The notes beneath the pieces were generated by a model. That model saw nothing but the letters and a program-made list of their open reading frames with translations, was not told the DNA's origin and ran no database searches. A stretch of DNA of 64,000 nucleotides from Bacteroidia bacterium. Its GTDB lineage: Bacteria > Bacteroidota > Bacteroidia > AKYH767-A > OLB10. Below are positions 22,101 through 29,340 of the stretch, piece by piece; within the stretch, counting starts at the first letter, position 1; every line of letters begins with the position of its first letter. The stretch covers positions 857,550-921,549 of the forward strand of contig JBAOIA010000012.1 of the NCBI GenBank assembly GCA_037045145.1, read 5' to 3'. Position numbers and translations under genes: made by a program.

Positions 22101-23476
22101 AATTTTTCATTGTAAGTAAAATCTGTACTACTGAGTTTTTTTGCATTGGTAATTAACTCATAGTCCTGCTGTGGCGAAAAATTGTAAACTGAAGATAATG
22201 GGTCGAGTACAGAAGATGCAGACTGAAAATTACGAATACCACTATAGGTTGTTGTTAGTTTCTGATAGAGGTTGTTTGACAGCTGGTCTGACGGATAAAC
22301 AGATGTGCCTTGTCCAACAAAAGAGGAAGCATAGGCATTGTACTCTCCCAAATCCTGCATGGCTACGAGGTTTCTTGTCTGATCCTGTGAGTTGAAGTTT
22401 ACCTGAGTAATCCAGACTTCTATTTTGGTGATGCTGATGGGTGAAACAATGGTAGGCAATTTGCTTACCGCTTCATCATAATGTTCTCTGAAATATTGAG
22501 AGATGTAAAAGTGCCTGTTGGCTTCATACTGATCACCATCAATATCAAAATTAGTGACCTGGCCACCTCCGGGAGGTACATTGATGGTGCTTGCCTGCCC
22601 TTTTTGCTGTGAGAAAATTGTTGTAACGCCAAGTCTTCCGAACTGCAACTGTGTTTTTATCCCGAACAAACTCTGGCTACCTTTTATTAATGTCCCCGTT
22701 AATGGTAAGGTAACGTTTCCTGCTTCTATTTTTCTGATAATCTCATCTTCATAGCCTGTATATTCAAGCTTCATTTGGTTTTCGAAATCGAAACTCGCTT
22801 CGGTGTTGTAGTTGACACTGAGTTTCATCTTCTCTCCTATGTTTCCAATTACATTCATTTGAATTTTCTCGTTAAAATCAAAAGATGTAAGGCGTCTTTG
22901 TTTTTCCGGGATCTGTGGATTGTCGGTGCGGTTGATGTTAACTCCAAAAGTCAATTCTGCAGAGCCCTGTGGGCGAATGTCTATGGTGTTGCCACCAAAT
23001 ATCCTGTCAAATGTTTCGCCTGCAACATAAATTTTAGGAATTAGCGGTTTGCGGGTAATGGCATCTTCACCTTCTGCCCTTTCTTTCCAATATTGCTGTG
23101 TTGATTTACGAAACTGATCTTCTTTAAACTCCTCAAATGTCATGTAGGAAGGGTTACGGAAAAAATCTTTGCCTATTTTTTCATTTATGTCGTACTCTCT
23201 TGTTTCGGGGTTGTATTCAACTGAGGTATTAACATTGGAAGGTGTGGTTCCGTAAAGCGGGCTATGATCGTAAGGGTTGGAATATGGGTCGGTTAACCTG
23301 TCGTTAAAAGGATAAGGAAGGTTAACAGGAGTATCAACAGGAAATGGAATGGTACGTGTTCCTGTAAGGTCTGAATAGTCTGAAAAAGATGATGGACTGC
23401 CTCCGCCATTGACATACATCAACGGGAATGCAAACAAACTTAATACTGAATAACGAAGCAATTTTAGTCCTTGCAA
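16145..23476 (-). CDS. sprA: Type IX secretion system translocon SprA (Sov), 2443 aa
   Basis: The size, the signal peptide and the long beta-strand-rich sequence with a K/P-rich linker ('PPKPKTPKKKEPKVEAKAPD') are characteristic of SprA. Other T9SS cargo genes occur in the same window. Confidence 0.85.
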   Translation of the reverse strand: MQGLKLLRYSVLSLFAFPLMYVNGGGSPSSFSDYSDLTGTRTIPFPVDTPVNLPYPFNDRLTDPYSNPYDHSPLYGTTPSNVNTSVEYNPETREYDINEKIGKDFFRNPSYMTFEEFKEDQFRKSTQQYWKERAEGEDAITRKPLIPKIYVAGETFDRIFGGNTIDIRPQGSAELTFGVNINRTDNPQIPEKQRRLTSFDFNEKIQMNVIGNIGEKMKLSVNYNTEASFDFENQMKLEYTGYEDEIIRKIEAGNVTLPLTGTLIKGSQSLFGIKTQLQFGRLGVTTIFSQQKGQASTINVPPGGGQVTNFDIDGDQYEANRHFYISQYFREHYDEAVSKLPTIVSPISITKIEVWITQVNFNSQDQTRNLVAMQDLGEYNAYASSFVGQGTSVYPSDQLSNNLYQKLTTTYSGIRNFQSASSVLDPLSSVYNFSPQQDYELITNAKKLSSTDFTYNEKLGFISLNSELRNDQALAVAFEYTVNGKVYRVGELTTSGIDPSQPLIVKLIRGRNFNTTLPSWKLMMKNVYNLNAFQISSEKFRLDVLYFDNAAGSYVRQLPEPNEPKIANKSLIRILNADNLNSSGDATQSGDGIFDYVEGITVNSATGRIILPSVEPFGRYLESKFSNTSTAAKYVFKELYDSTKTIALAQGKNKFKLKGSYQSSSGSEISLNAINIPQGSVKVTAGGTELVENQDYTVDYNLGRVKIINTSVLNSATPIKVSLESNSLFSVQSKTLMGARFDYKFSKDFAVGGTFMHLNERPITRKVNIGDEPISNSIFGLDGTYRTRSRFITKLVDKIPLINTKEESSVSLNGEFAYLLPGHSKAIGKKGNAYIDAFEGTQSTIPLNIAGQWFLASVPRFQPTLFPEFDYVSATNDTLGYGYNRAKIAWYNIDPTAFYRSNSTVSLSAAERSNHNVRQISEKELFPKRQYSNGIVPYMNTFDISFYPDERGPYNYETSARAGLSAGINANGNLVDPSSRWGGFMRKVETSNFEESNIQYIQFWLMDPFNGDAPDSSLSNTGTLYFNLGDISEDVLRDGYESYENGLPTTATPAAYRQNAWGRTPVAQNVLYAFDRDESTRKQQDVGLDGLGNDDEKLHFLTNFLDYIDANVTNQTVKDAIHDDPSSDDFSYFRGDAYTNADGILKRYKNFNGTENNSPVAGSGTFVPSSTQTPDAEDANRINGMEVDENYFQYKVDIDPSKLVVGQNYVSDVLENVAALNLPDASGKTITWYLIKIPVNDPTRERIGQISDLKSVKFIRVFAKGFSGPKVLRLAKFEFLRGEWRKYDYKLTGILSQPAVFDVGAVSLEENSNREPINYVLPPDFEREIDVTSTNQRQLNEQSLSFKVCELADGDMKVCYKNTTLDMRNYKHVKMVIHAESFLPPANPTNDGELYAVVRLGSDFTDNYYDYRIPLKMTPFGSTDPTVIWPKENDFDIDLDKLTDAKLERNNAGVAFTDEYSKLDGNNVIFIKGNPTLSEVKVMMLGLWNPSGENPAFPPRPPDDGLAKCAEVWFNEFRMSDFNDKGGWATIGRAQVKLADLGNVSVSGGYSTHGFGSLESKVGERSKEDVTNYDVATSLELGKFFPSSTGLTVPMYFGYGEVFSNPQYDPLDPDIEFSRSISNIDDSKRKQNRKRFSQDYTRRKSLNFTNVKKNKTGKNASKSRIYDIENFNFTYGYTEVYRRNINTEYDIQKDYLGAIGYNFNTNPKPITPFSKMKGKSKYLRPVKDFNFNYMPSTFNFRWDVNRHYGELKVRDVNAVLNQGVSDNSIPVLYDKRFTMNRQYGTSWDITRALKFEFNANNQSKVDEPDGALNSEEKRDSVRKNFFNLGRNTDYMHNASLSYNLPLNKLPITDWISINTRYSTTYHWTASPLIVNPDNGRYYTNPALGNTIQNSNSIQVNNSLNMTSLYNKWKLYKKLTAPPKPKTPKKKEPKVEAKAPDAAKDSLKTKSVKPPEKKKEQEINPAIKALAKVIFSLKNVSFNWNETNGLLLPGFNRQSEWLGQNWDGSSAPGFAFTFGSQNQDIRERAAKNGWLTTDSTFNSQFTSTYTQNITGRATLEPFTGFNIDVNFNRNYSLSTTENYRAFNSPRANGRYYETLARVETGNFSISNLMWGTSFTKDRKDYSSTIFERFAENRKILSERLGNENPNSSGVGIDGYRDGYSGTSQEVVILSFLSAYSKKSASRMSLDLFPSIPLPNWTVRYDGLTKIAFVKNLFQSVNLNHGYRSTYNVNSFTTDVSYVPGGNARDINMDFIPKRQIGQVSLSEQFSPLIGIDITWKNRNNKSSGSKSATERGGRSSGGNFTTRFEYKRDRNISLTLAGIQVTEVKGREFTFGAGYRIPNFKFPFGLFKSVNSRRSNDLNTTLDFSVRKNTTILRKLVEGTNQPTAGLTIISIKLASDYTVSERLNLRFFFEKTINTPVVSTSYPNANTAVGITIRFTLSQ

Positions 23477-23636
23477 AATATCTGATATTTGGGGTTCCTA
23501 CAAATGAGTGATAAAAAATTTTCCGGCTAAAAATAAAACAAAAAATCAAACGGTTTAAAGGTAAAAATCAACAGTTACGGACACTTTTTTAATGCTTTAT
23601 TTTGGTTAAAATGAAGTATTTTTTACAGGTTCGTAT

Positions 23637-24221
23637 TTATAAATTTTTTAAAGCTTCTCTCAGCAAAACCTCAACAGACTGAAACTCACCACCACCAGCC
23701 ATCACTTTATTTAGCTCTTTTTCAGCCACATTTCTGTTAAAGCCAAGAGTAAGCAAAGCACTTAACGCTTCTTCCTTAATTGTATTGCCTTGTGTTAATA
23801 AAACCGGTGCAGAGGCGCCTGCCTTTCCTAACTTGTCTTTAAGGTCTATGACTATGCGCTGTGCGGTTTTGTCGCCTATGCCTTTAATTTTTTTAATTAC
23901 AGCCACATTGCCTGTGGTTATGGCACTTTGCAATTCTGTAGTGCTTAGCGATGAAAGCATGACTCTGGCAGTGCCCGGACCCACACCTGATACTGAAATA
24001 AGATTACGGAAAAGCTGTCTTTCATCTTCATCGGCAAAACCAAAAAGAAGGTGTGCATCTTCTTTAATAGATAAATGGGCATAAACTTTTGCACTCTGTG
24101 CATCTTTAAGTTTTGAATAAGTTTGCAGTGAGACCTGTAGTTGATATCCTACTCCATTGGCTTCAACAACAATGTAGGTGGCAGTTGCATGGGTTATTTT
24201 TCCTGAAATATAATCGTACAT
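23637..24221 (-). CDS. ruvA: Holliday junction DNA helicase RuvA
   Basis: 'MYDYISGKITHATATYIVVEANGVGYQLQVS' is the RuvA OB-fold N-terminus; the HhH motifs 'GIGDKTAQRIV' follow. Confidence 0.9.
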   Translation of the reverse strand: MYDYISGKITHATATYIVVEANGVGYQLQVSLQTYSKLKDAQSAKVYAHLSIKEDAHLLFGFADEDERQLFRNLISVSGVGPGTARVMLSSLSTTELQSAITTGNVAVIKKIKGIGDKTAQRIVIDLKDKLGKAGASAPVLLTQGNTIKEEALSALLTLGFNRNVAEKELNKVMAGGGEFQSVEVLLREALKNL

Positions 24222-24602
24222 TATCTTTTATAATTTTTTGCTACGCTAAAACGCGACCTCAAACGTACGGAAAGTTGATGAGTTGACGAATTACTGAACT
24301 TTTGAATTGCCATGTTGAAGAACTGATGCATGTGTCAAATGAAATTATAAATACACTAATGTTTAGTGGCTTTTCTAGATACACATTATGAAATTTGGAA
24401 AGTAAAACAAAAACAACCCTATCCTATACTCCCCATACAACTTGAAGCCTTCTTTGTTTTGATGTAAATTGAAATGAAATTTTTCATGTTTTATACCATC
24501 TTCAAACAAGTCAATGAGTCATACTTTTTGATGTAAACCTATTTCAGGGCAAGGCAAAATGGGCTCAAAGGAGCGCGACTTGACAGGTTAGGTCAAATTC
24601 AA

Positions 24603-24637
24603 GTTGAGTTGAGTTGAGTTGAGTTGAGTTGAGTTAA
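24603..24637. repeat. Pentanucleotide microsatellite (GTTGA)x7, one unit variant GTTAA
   Basis: Read directly: gttga gttga gttga gttga gttga gttaa gttga. Confidence 0.9.
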
Positions 24638-24663
24638 GTTGATTCAATTATCCTTTTCATTGA

Positions 24664-25116
24664 TTAGAACTCTCTGTTCCATTTAGGAAGTTGTCCATAT
24701 ATCTCAAAATACCTTTGTAAAATCACGCCCTCTACAAATGATGGTATATCCGCATTCTTCTTGTTAAAAGTTTCGTACCAATAAATGTCAAGTGCATCTA
24801 TTTTTTCATCTGTCAGTTTTTGTTTCCAAGTTTGTCTTCTTGGTCCGCCAAATTGTTTGCCGTTAATAATTCGGTCACAAATTCCACCTAATCTAACTTT
24901 TTTTGTTCCGTCCTGTTTTATTTTCCCTGAGCTGCCAATGTAAACCAAATTTACCCGTCCATTTTTAAGTTCGTAAACGCTATAAATTCCTATTCCGCTT
25001 TTAGGTGCGTTACATACTTCGCCAAGTTCTTCATTGGCAGAGAAAAAGAAATGGTCTTTGGATTTGTATTTTTCTAACTCTTCAAACATATAATTTTGAG
25101 TTGGTATGACACACAA
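24664..25116 (-). CDS. GIY-YIG nuclease-family protein (small, 150 aa)
   Basis: 'GIGIYSVYELKNGRVNLVYIGSSG' carries the GIY-(x13)-YIG spacing. It is the first gene of the accessory island next to ruvA. Confidence 0.55.
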   Translation of the reverse strand: MCVIPTQNYMFEELEKYKSKDHFFFSANEELGEVCNAPKSGIGIYSVYELKNGRVNLVYIGSSGKIKQDGTKKVRLGGICDRIINGKQFGGPRRQTWKQKLTDEKIDALDIYWYETFNKKNADIPSFVEGVILQRYFEIYGQLPKWNREF

Positions 25117-25122
25117 TTGCAG

Positions 25123-25356
25123 TCTGTGAAAAAATTAATTTCAAAAACATGTTCAAATATAGGAATAATGTAGTGTATTTAGATAATAAAAATTGATCAT
25201 AGCAATGCACACACTAACAGGAATAAATCGGGAGCAAATAACTTTTTTTAACTTTGAAAGTCAGGTAGCTCCAGACAACGAAATCCGTTTTATAGATGCT
25301 TTTGTTGAAGAGTTTATTTCTCCTGTCTTGGGCGTAAAGGAGCGCGACCTGACAGT
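25123..25356 (+). mobile_element. MITE-like IS derivative, copy 1. It retains the left end and the first roughly 55 codons of an IS5/IS1182-type transposase (DUF772-like N-terminus)
   Basis: About 90% identical to 27018..27258. It encodes 'MHTLTGINREQITFFNFESQVAPDNEIRFIDAFVEEFIS...KERDLTV*', which matches the 'NPVRfIDAFVd' transposase N-terminal motif. There is no DDE domain. Confidence 0.6.
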
Positions 25357-25380
25357 TGAAGTCAATTAGTGGCTATGGCT

Positions 25381-26946
25381 TTATTCATTCTGCAATACTT
25401 TAGTCAAATCTGTTGCAGTAAAATTTTTGTCTTGTGTGTCGTATAAAGTATTGCCAATCATAAATGCATTTGATGTCGCTTCAACTTCCGCAATTCTTTT
25501 TCCCTCTTTGTTTACAATCAAAGTATTTTTATCTTTTGCGAAGAATTTAAAATCGTTTTTTCGTTCGTAACAAATACTCAACTCATTAAAGTCAATTGTT
25601 TTAGATATGCTAAGTTGTTCGTCAAGTGATAATGTCTTGTACTGATTTGTGAATACAAACAACTTTGTAGAGTCAGATTGATTGAGATTTATTAAATCAC
25701 CGCTTTGAGCTGTAATAAAAACTTGGCTTCCAACAAAGTATTTCAACTCTCCAAAATCGTCTTTTGGAAATGATTTTTGCAAAATTTCATTTCCAGTTTC
25801 CATTGAGTATTTTGCGACTCTGTTTTTAAAAGTAAAATATATGTCTTTGCTGTGTAGTTCAAAACTCAATATCGGGTCGTCTTTGACATCTATTATCGAT
25901 AAAAATATTTGATTACCTGTTTGCCCGTCAAAAGCAGCAAAAAATGGCTTACCAAAGTCTAACTGTCTGTTACCCATAAAAGCCATCCCTTTATTAACCA
26001 TATATATGATGTTTCCTTTTATGAAGATTGTAGATTTGCTTGCTATGTCATCAGGAAAAGGGAACTTCCATATAACTTCTCCCGTTTGCATATCAATTTT
26101 AACCAGTTTTTCTTTTGAGGCAAAATAAATATTGCTACTATCAACTAAAGTATTTGAAACTAAATCTCGAACCAAATTGTGTCCTGTGGACATTACAAAA
26201 GTACCAGTCAGTAAGCCCAATGCCGCACCAGCCGCATTAGCTGCAACGGTTCGTGAATAATCTTTTTTACCAGTAACAGAGTAGTAGTCCCATCCTATTC
26301 CTGTTTTTATATTTATTTTGTGCTAACCTGCTGCTGCAACAATTAAAGTGGAGTCATCTATATAAAAAACATCGTTCCAGCCAAATTCCCTAAATAAATA
26401 TCGTTTCCAAAGTATGTTACCATTTTTTAAATCTATTCCTTCGAGTTCGTTTGTATAGCCTGTTGAGTTTCTAAATTTATAGCCAATACCAATATTGTCC
26501 ACAGGGTCAACGAAATAAATATTGTTTTTGACTTTCCAAAGTTTTTCTCCTGTATTTATATCAAGGCAATAACTCTTATTTCCAAAAGAATGAATTATTG
26601 TTTTACTAAACTGTTGTAAATTACTCGCATGAAATGCGATTTTTTTACTCCATAAAACCTTTTGGTTTTTAATGTCGAATTGAATAATTTTTCCACTTTT
26701 GTCAAGCCATTTTCCGTTTTTACTCAAGCCCCTTAGCTGAACTGTTAAAAGTCCGGTTGTTTCGTCTAAAAACGTTTCATGAATTCTGTCAGGGAAAACA
26801 TATTCCATACCTTTTACAACAAAACTATCAACAAGGCTTTTGCCAAACACCTTTTCATTGCTTAAAACCTGAATTTGATTTTTCTGGCAATATCCCGCTG
26901 TTGTAATTAAAAGCGAAAATCCAAAAATTATTTTTTCTATTTTCAT
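25381..26946 (-). pseudogene. PQQ-like/BamB-like beta-propeller repeat lipoprotein gene interrupted by an in-frame TAG at 26323-26325
   Basis: The ORFs 26323..26946 and 25381..26220 are in the same frame. The 102 nt between them (26221..26322) translate without any stop ('...VAAAG*HKINIKTGIGWDYYSVTGKKDYSRTVAANAAGAALGLLTGT...'). Both halves carry 'G..LW' propeller-blade motifs. The downstream half begins at TTG only in the ORF track. Confidence 0.6.
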
Positions 26947-27017
26947 GTGTTTGTTTACTGTCTTTTATTGAGGTGTTTGTTTGTTTTAGCGAGTATCATC
27001 ATGCCATTGGCTATAAC

Positions 27018-27258
27018 AGCAGTCTGTGAAAAAAAATAATTTCAAAAACATGTTCAAATATAGGGATAATGTTGTGTGTTTAGATAATAAATATTTGACG
27101 TAGCAATGTCCGCATTAACAGGAATAAATCGGGAGCGAATAACTTTTTCAAACCATGAAAGTCAGATAGCTCCAGACAATGAAATCCGTTTTATAGATGC
27201 TTTTGTAGAAGAGTTTATTTCAACTGTTAGGGGCGCAAAGGGGCGCGACCTGACGGTT
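27018..27258 (+). mobile_element. MITE-like IS derivative, copy 2 (same element as 25123..25356)
   Basis: Encodes 'MSALTGINRERITFSNHESQIAPDNEIRFIDAFVEEFIS...'. It is collinear with copy 1 from 'gcagtctgtgaaaaaa' through 'gcgcgacctgac(a/g)g'. Confidence 0.6.
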
Positions 27259-27666
27259 TGGGTATTGCCGAAGTGGCGGATTATTAGCACTAAAGTTCAA
27301 TAGAAATACTACTGTTGAACCTTGCACAATTGTTTCATAGAAGCACTTCTCCCGCCATTTTGGCAATACCGTGTTATAGCCAGTGGTTCTGTTAATCTGT
27401 CCTTGTAAACCATTGTCGTTATTGAGTTTCATTGTCTTTGTCGTGTTGGTTTGTGCGTGTTGCGGATTTTTAATATTTTCAGAAGAAGGGAGAAAAAAAT
27501 TGAATTTCTTCTTGGGTTGGGATAAGCACACTCTTTGCCAAGTTTTGGCTTGTGTGTCGGCTTCCCGAAGGGTCGGGACAGGCCGTGCGACTTGGCAATG
27601 TGTGTGCTTTTGTGCGTTGACTTTTCATTTGGCAAATGTAGTAAATGTTTTAAATTGAAACAAATG

Positions 27667-27698
27667 TTTGTTTTGTATTAAAACAATCTTTATCTTTG
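27667..27698 (+). promoter_or_regulatory. Putative promoter of the XRE-Panacea/toxin operon
   Basis: A -33 TTTG at 27667-27670 is followed after a 20-nt spacer by the -7 box TATCTTTG at 27691-27698. The ATG is at 27728. Confidence 0.35.
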
Positions 27699-27727
27699 TC
27701 CCGTTAAACAGCGAAACATAAATTGAT

Positions 27728-28531
27728 ATGAACATAAAATTGTCACAAAAGCAAATAGGTCAGAGGATAACCGAACTTCGTAAAATGAAAGGGTTGTCTC
27801 AGGAAGATTTGGCTAAAAGTGTCAAAATTTCCCGACCGTCTTTGGCTCAAATTGAGTTAGGAAACAGAAGCGTTGATATTCTTGAATTGCAAAAACTGTC
27901 ATTGGTTTTGGAGTTTTCGCTGGACGATTTTATGTCTAAGGATTTTTCTGCAAGTCAAGATGTTGATTTGAAAGAAGAAAAAAAGGCAAAGAAAGAAGAA
28001 GAACGTATTTCAGTGCCAACCTTGCAAGTCAATAAGTTTAAAAATGTCTTGTTGTATATCCTTGAACGCTGTGCAGGTAAGCCAAATGTTGGTGAAACGG
28101 TTCTTTATAAGTTGCTCTATTTCTCGGACTTCAATTATTATGAATTGTATGAGGAACATTTAACAGGTGCTAAATATCGCAAATTACCTTATGGGCCAGT
28201 TCCGCAAAAATTAGATACAATCATTGGTCAAATGATTGAAAAAGGTCAGTTGCAAAGAGTGAAAACAGAATACCATGGTTATCCTCAAACTCGCTATTTG
28301 CCTTTAGAAAAAGCTGATTTAACTCAATTAAGGGCAAGTGAAAAAGAAATCATTGACAGGGTTATAGAACAAATGAGTGATTGGTCTGCTGCTGCAATCA
28401 GCAACTATTCTCATAAGGATATGCCTTGGCTTGCTTCAAAGGAAGGAGAAGAAATAAATTATGAATTAGCTTTTTATAGAGATGCTCCTTTCTCTGTGAG
28501 AAACTATGGAGATGAAATTGAAGAACAATGA
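27728..28531 (+). CDS. HTH-XRE DNA-binding protein with a C-terminal Panacea (DUF4065, SocA-like) domain; putative antitoxin
   Basis: The N-terminal 'QIGQRITELRKMKGLSQEDLAKSVKISRPSLAQIELG' is an XRE helix-turn-helix. The C-terminal 'VLYKLLYFSDFNYYELYEEHLTGAKYRKLPYGPVP' fits the Panacea domain consensus. Confidence 0.75.
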   Translation: MNIKLSQKQIGQRITELRKMKGLSQEDLAKSVKISRPSLAQIELGNRSVDILELQKLSLVLEFSLDDFMSKDFSASQDVDLKEEKKAKKEEERISVPTLQVNKFKNVLLYILERCAGKPNVGETVLYKLLYFSDFNYYELYEEHLTGAKYRKLPYGPVPQKLDTIIGQMIEKGQLQRVKTEYHGYPQTRYLPLEKADLTQLRASEKEIIDRVIEQMSDWSAAAISNYSHKDMPWLASKEGEEINYELAFYRDAPFSVRNYGDEIEEQ

Positions 28532-28872
28532 CCTTTGACGAATTAACCGAATTTAAAAAGGATTTGAAAAACCTTTTAAAAAAATACAGAACGCTAAATG
28601 ACGATTTAGATGTGGTTAAACGAGTGCTAGAAGTTACACCCGATGAACGACCACCGTTTAGTTTTCGTATTGATAATTTGGGTTTAGAAACGTGTATCAT
28701 CAAGGTTAAGAAAATTGCTTGTAAAGCATTGAAAGGAAGAGGGGTAAATTCAGGGTTGAGATTGATTTATGCTCACTTTCCTGAAGAACAAAAAATTACC
28801 TTCATTGAATTGTATCATAAGAATGACAAGGAAAATGAAGACAAAAAAAGAATAACGGATAATTTTAAATAG
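28528..28872 (+). CDS. RelE/ParE-superfamily-like toxin, translationally coupled to the Panacea protein
   Basis: An ATGA overlap joins it to the upstream gene. 'KALKGRGVNSGLRLIYAHFPEEQKITFIELYHKNDKEN' fits the RelE/ParE core pattern 'G..R.IY......I.fi.l.H'. Confidence 0.55.
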   Translation: MTFDELTEFKKDLKNLLKKYRTLNDDLDVVKRVLEVTPDERPPFSFRIDNLGLETCIIKVKKIACKALKGRGVNSGLRLIYAHFPEEQKITFIELYHKNDKENEDKKRITDNFK

Positions 28873-28881
28873 TCAAATATC

Positions 28882-29115
28882 ATGAGTAAGAAAAATCAAC
28901 ATGTAGTCCCAAGTGGAAAAGAATGGGCGGTAAAAGGCGAAGGCAATAGCCGTAAAACTGCTATTGTGAACACACAAGCAGAAGCAATTAAAATTGCAAG
29001 AGAGATTGCCATTAACAATAAATCAGAAGTCGTTATCCATCGTTCTGACGGAACCATTCGTGATAAAGACTCTTATGGAAACGACCCTAATCCACCTAAA
29101 GACAAAAAGCATTAA
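28882..29115 (+). CDS. DUF2188-family small protein
   Basis: 'HVVPSGKEWAVKGEGNSRKTAIVNTQAEAIKIAREIAINNKSEVVIHRSDGTIRDKDSYGNDP' matches the DUF2188 consensus as I recall it. Confidence 0.65.
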   Translation: MSKKNQHVVPSGKEWAVKGEGNSRKTAIVNTQAEAIKIAREIAINNKSEVVIHRSDGTIRDKDSYGNDPNPPKDKKH

Positions 29116-29118
29116 GCG

Positions 29119-29340
29119 ATGATAGACATAAGTAAACAATCCGTAAATATTGACTGCCCTGAATGTAAACGGTCAATTTCTGTAACTATTCGGCAAGTAG
29201 CTGATGAAGCACGGATAAAATGTTCTTGCGGTCAGGAAATACAGCTGAAAGACAGTAATGGCAACAATCAAAAGGCAATCAGAGATATCAATAAGTCCTT
29301 TAGGGAACTCGAAAACACATTAAAAAAATTCGGACGATGA
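29119..29340 (+). CDS. Small zinc-ribbon protein (CPEC...C-x-CGQ), hypothetical
   Basis: It has four Cys arranged CxxC...CxC. It sits 3 nt after the DUF2188 gene and shares an ATGA overlap with the next gene. Confidence 0.4.
   Translation: MIDISKQSVNIDCPECKRSISVTIRQVADEARIKCSCGQEIQLKDSNGNNQKAIRDINKSFRELENTLKKFGR

Noticed and set aside
16512-23044. Multiple 60-120-aa ORFs on the + strand inside sprA (for example 17517..17786, 18885..19247, 22775..23044)
   Set aside because: They are antisense to a 7.3-kb conserved gene. Shadow ORFs like these are typical of long coding regions.
24603-24637. Possible CRISPR array
   Set aside because: The units are 5-nt microsatellite repeats with no spacers. 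No repeat-spacer architecture occurs anywhere in the window.
26218-26220. Start codon of ORF 25381..26220 shown as M
   Set aside because: The codon is TTG, and the frame is open upstream all the way to the in-frame TAG of the preceding ORF. It is treated as a continuation of a pseudogene, not an independent start.
27220-27658. Three mutually overlapping small ORFs (103, 91 and 68 aa) between MITE copy 2 and the XRE-Panacea gene
   Set aside because: They overlap one another on both strands. They have biased low-complexity composition and no conserved motifs. The region is instead explained as a diverged non-coding repeat plus promoter sequence.
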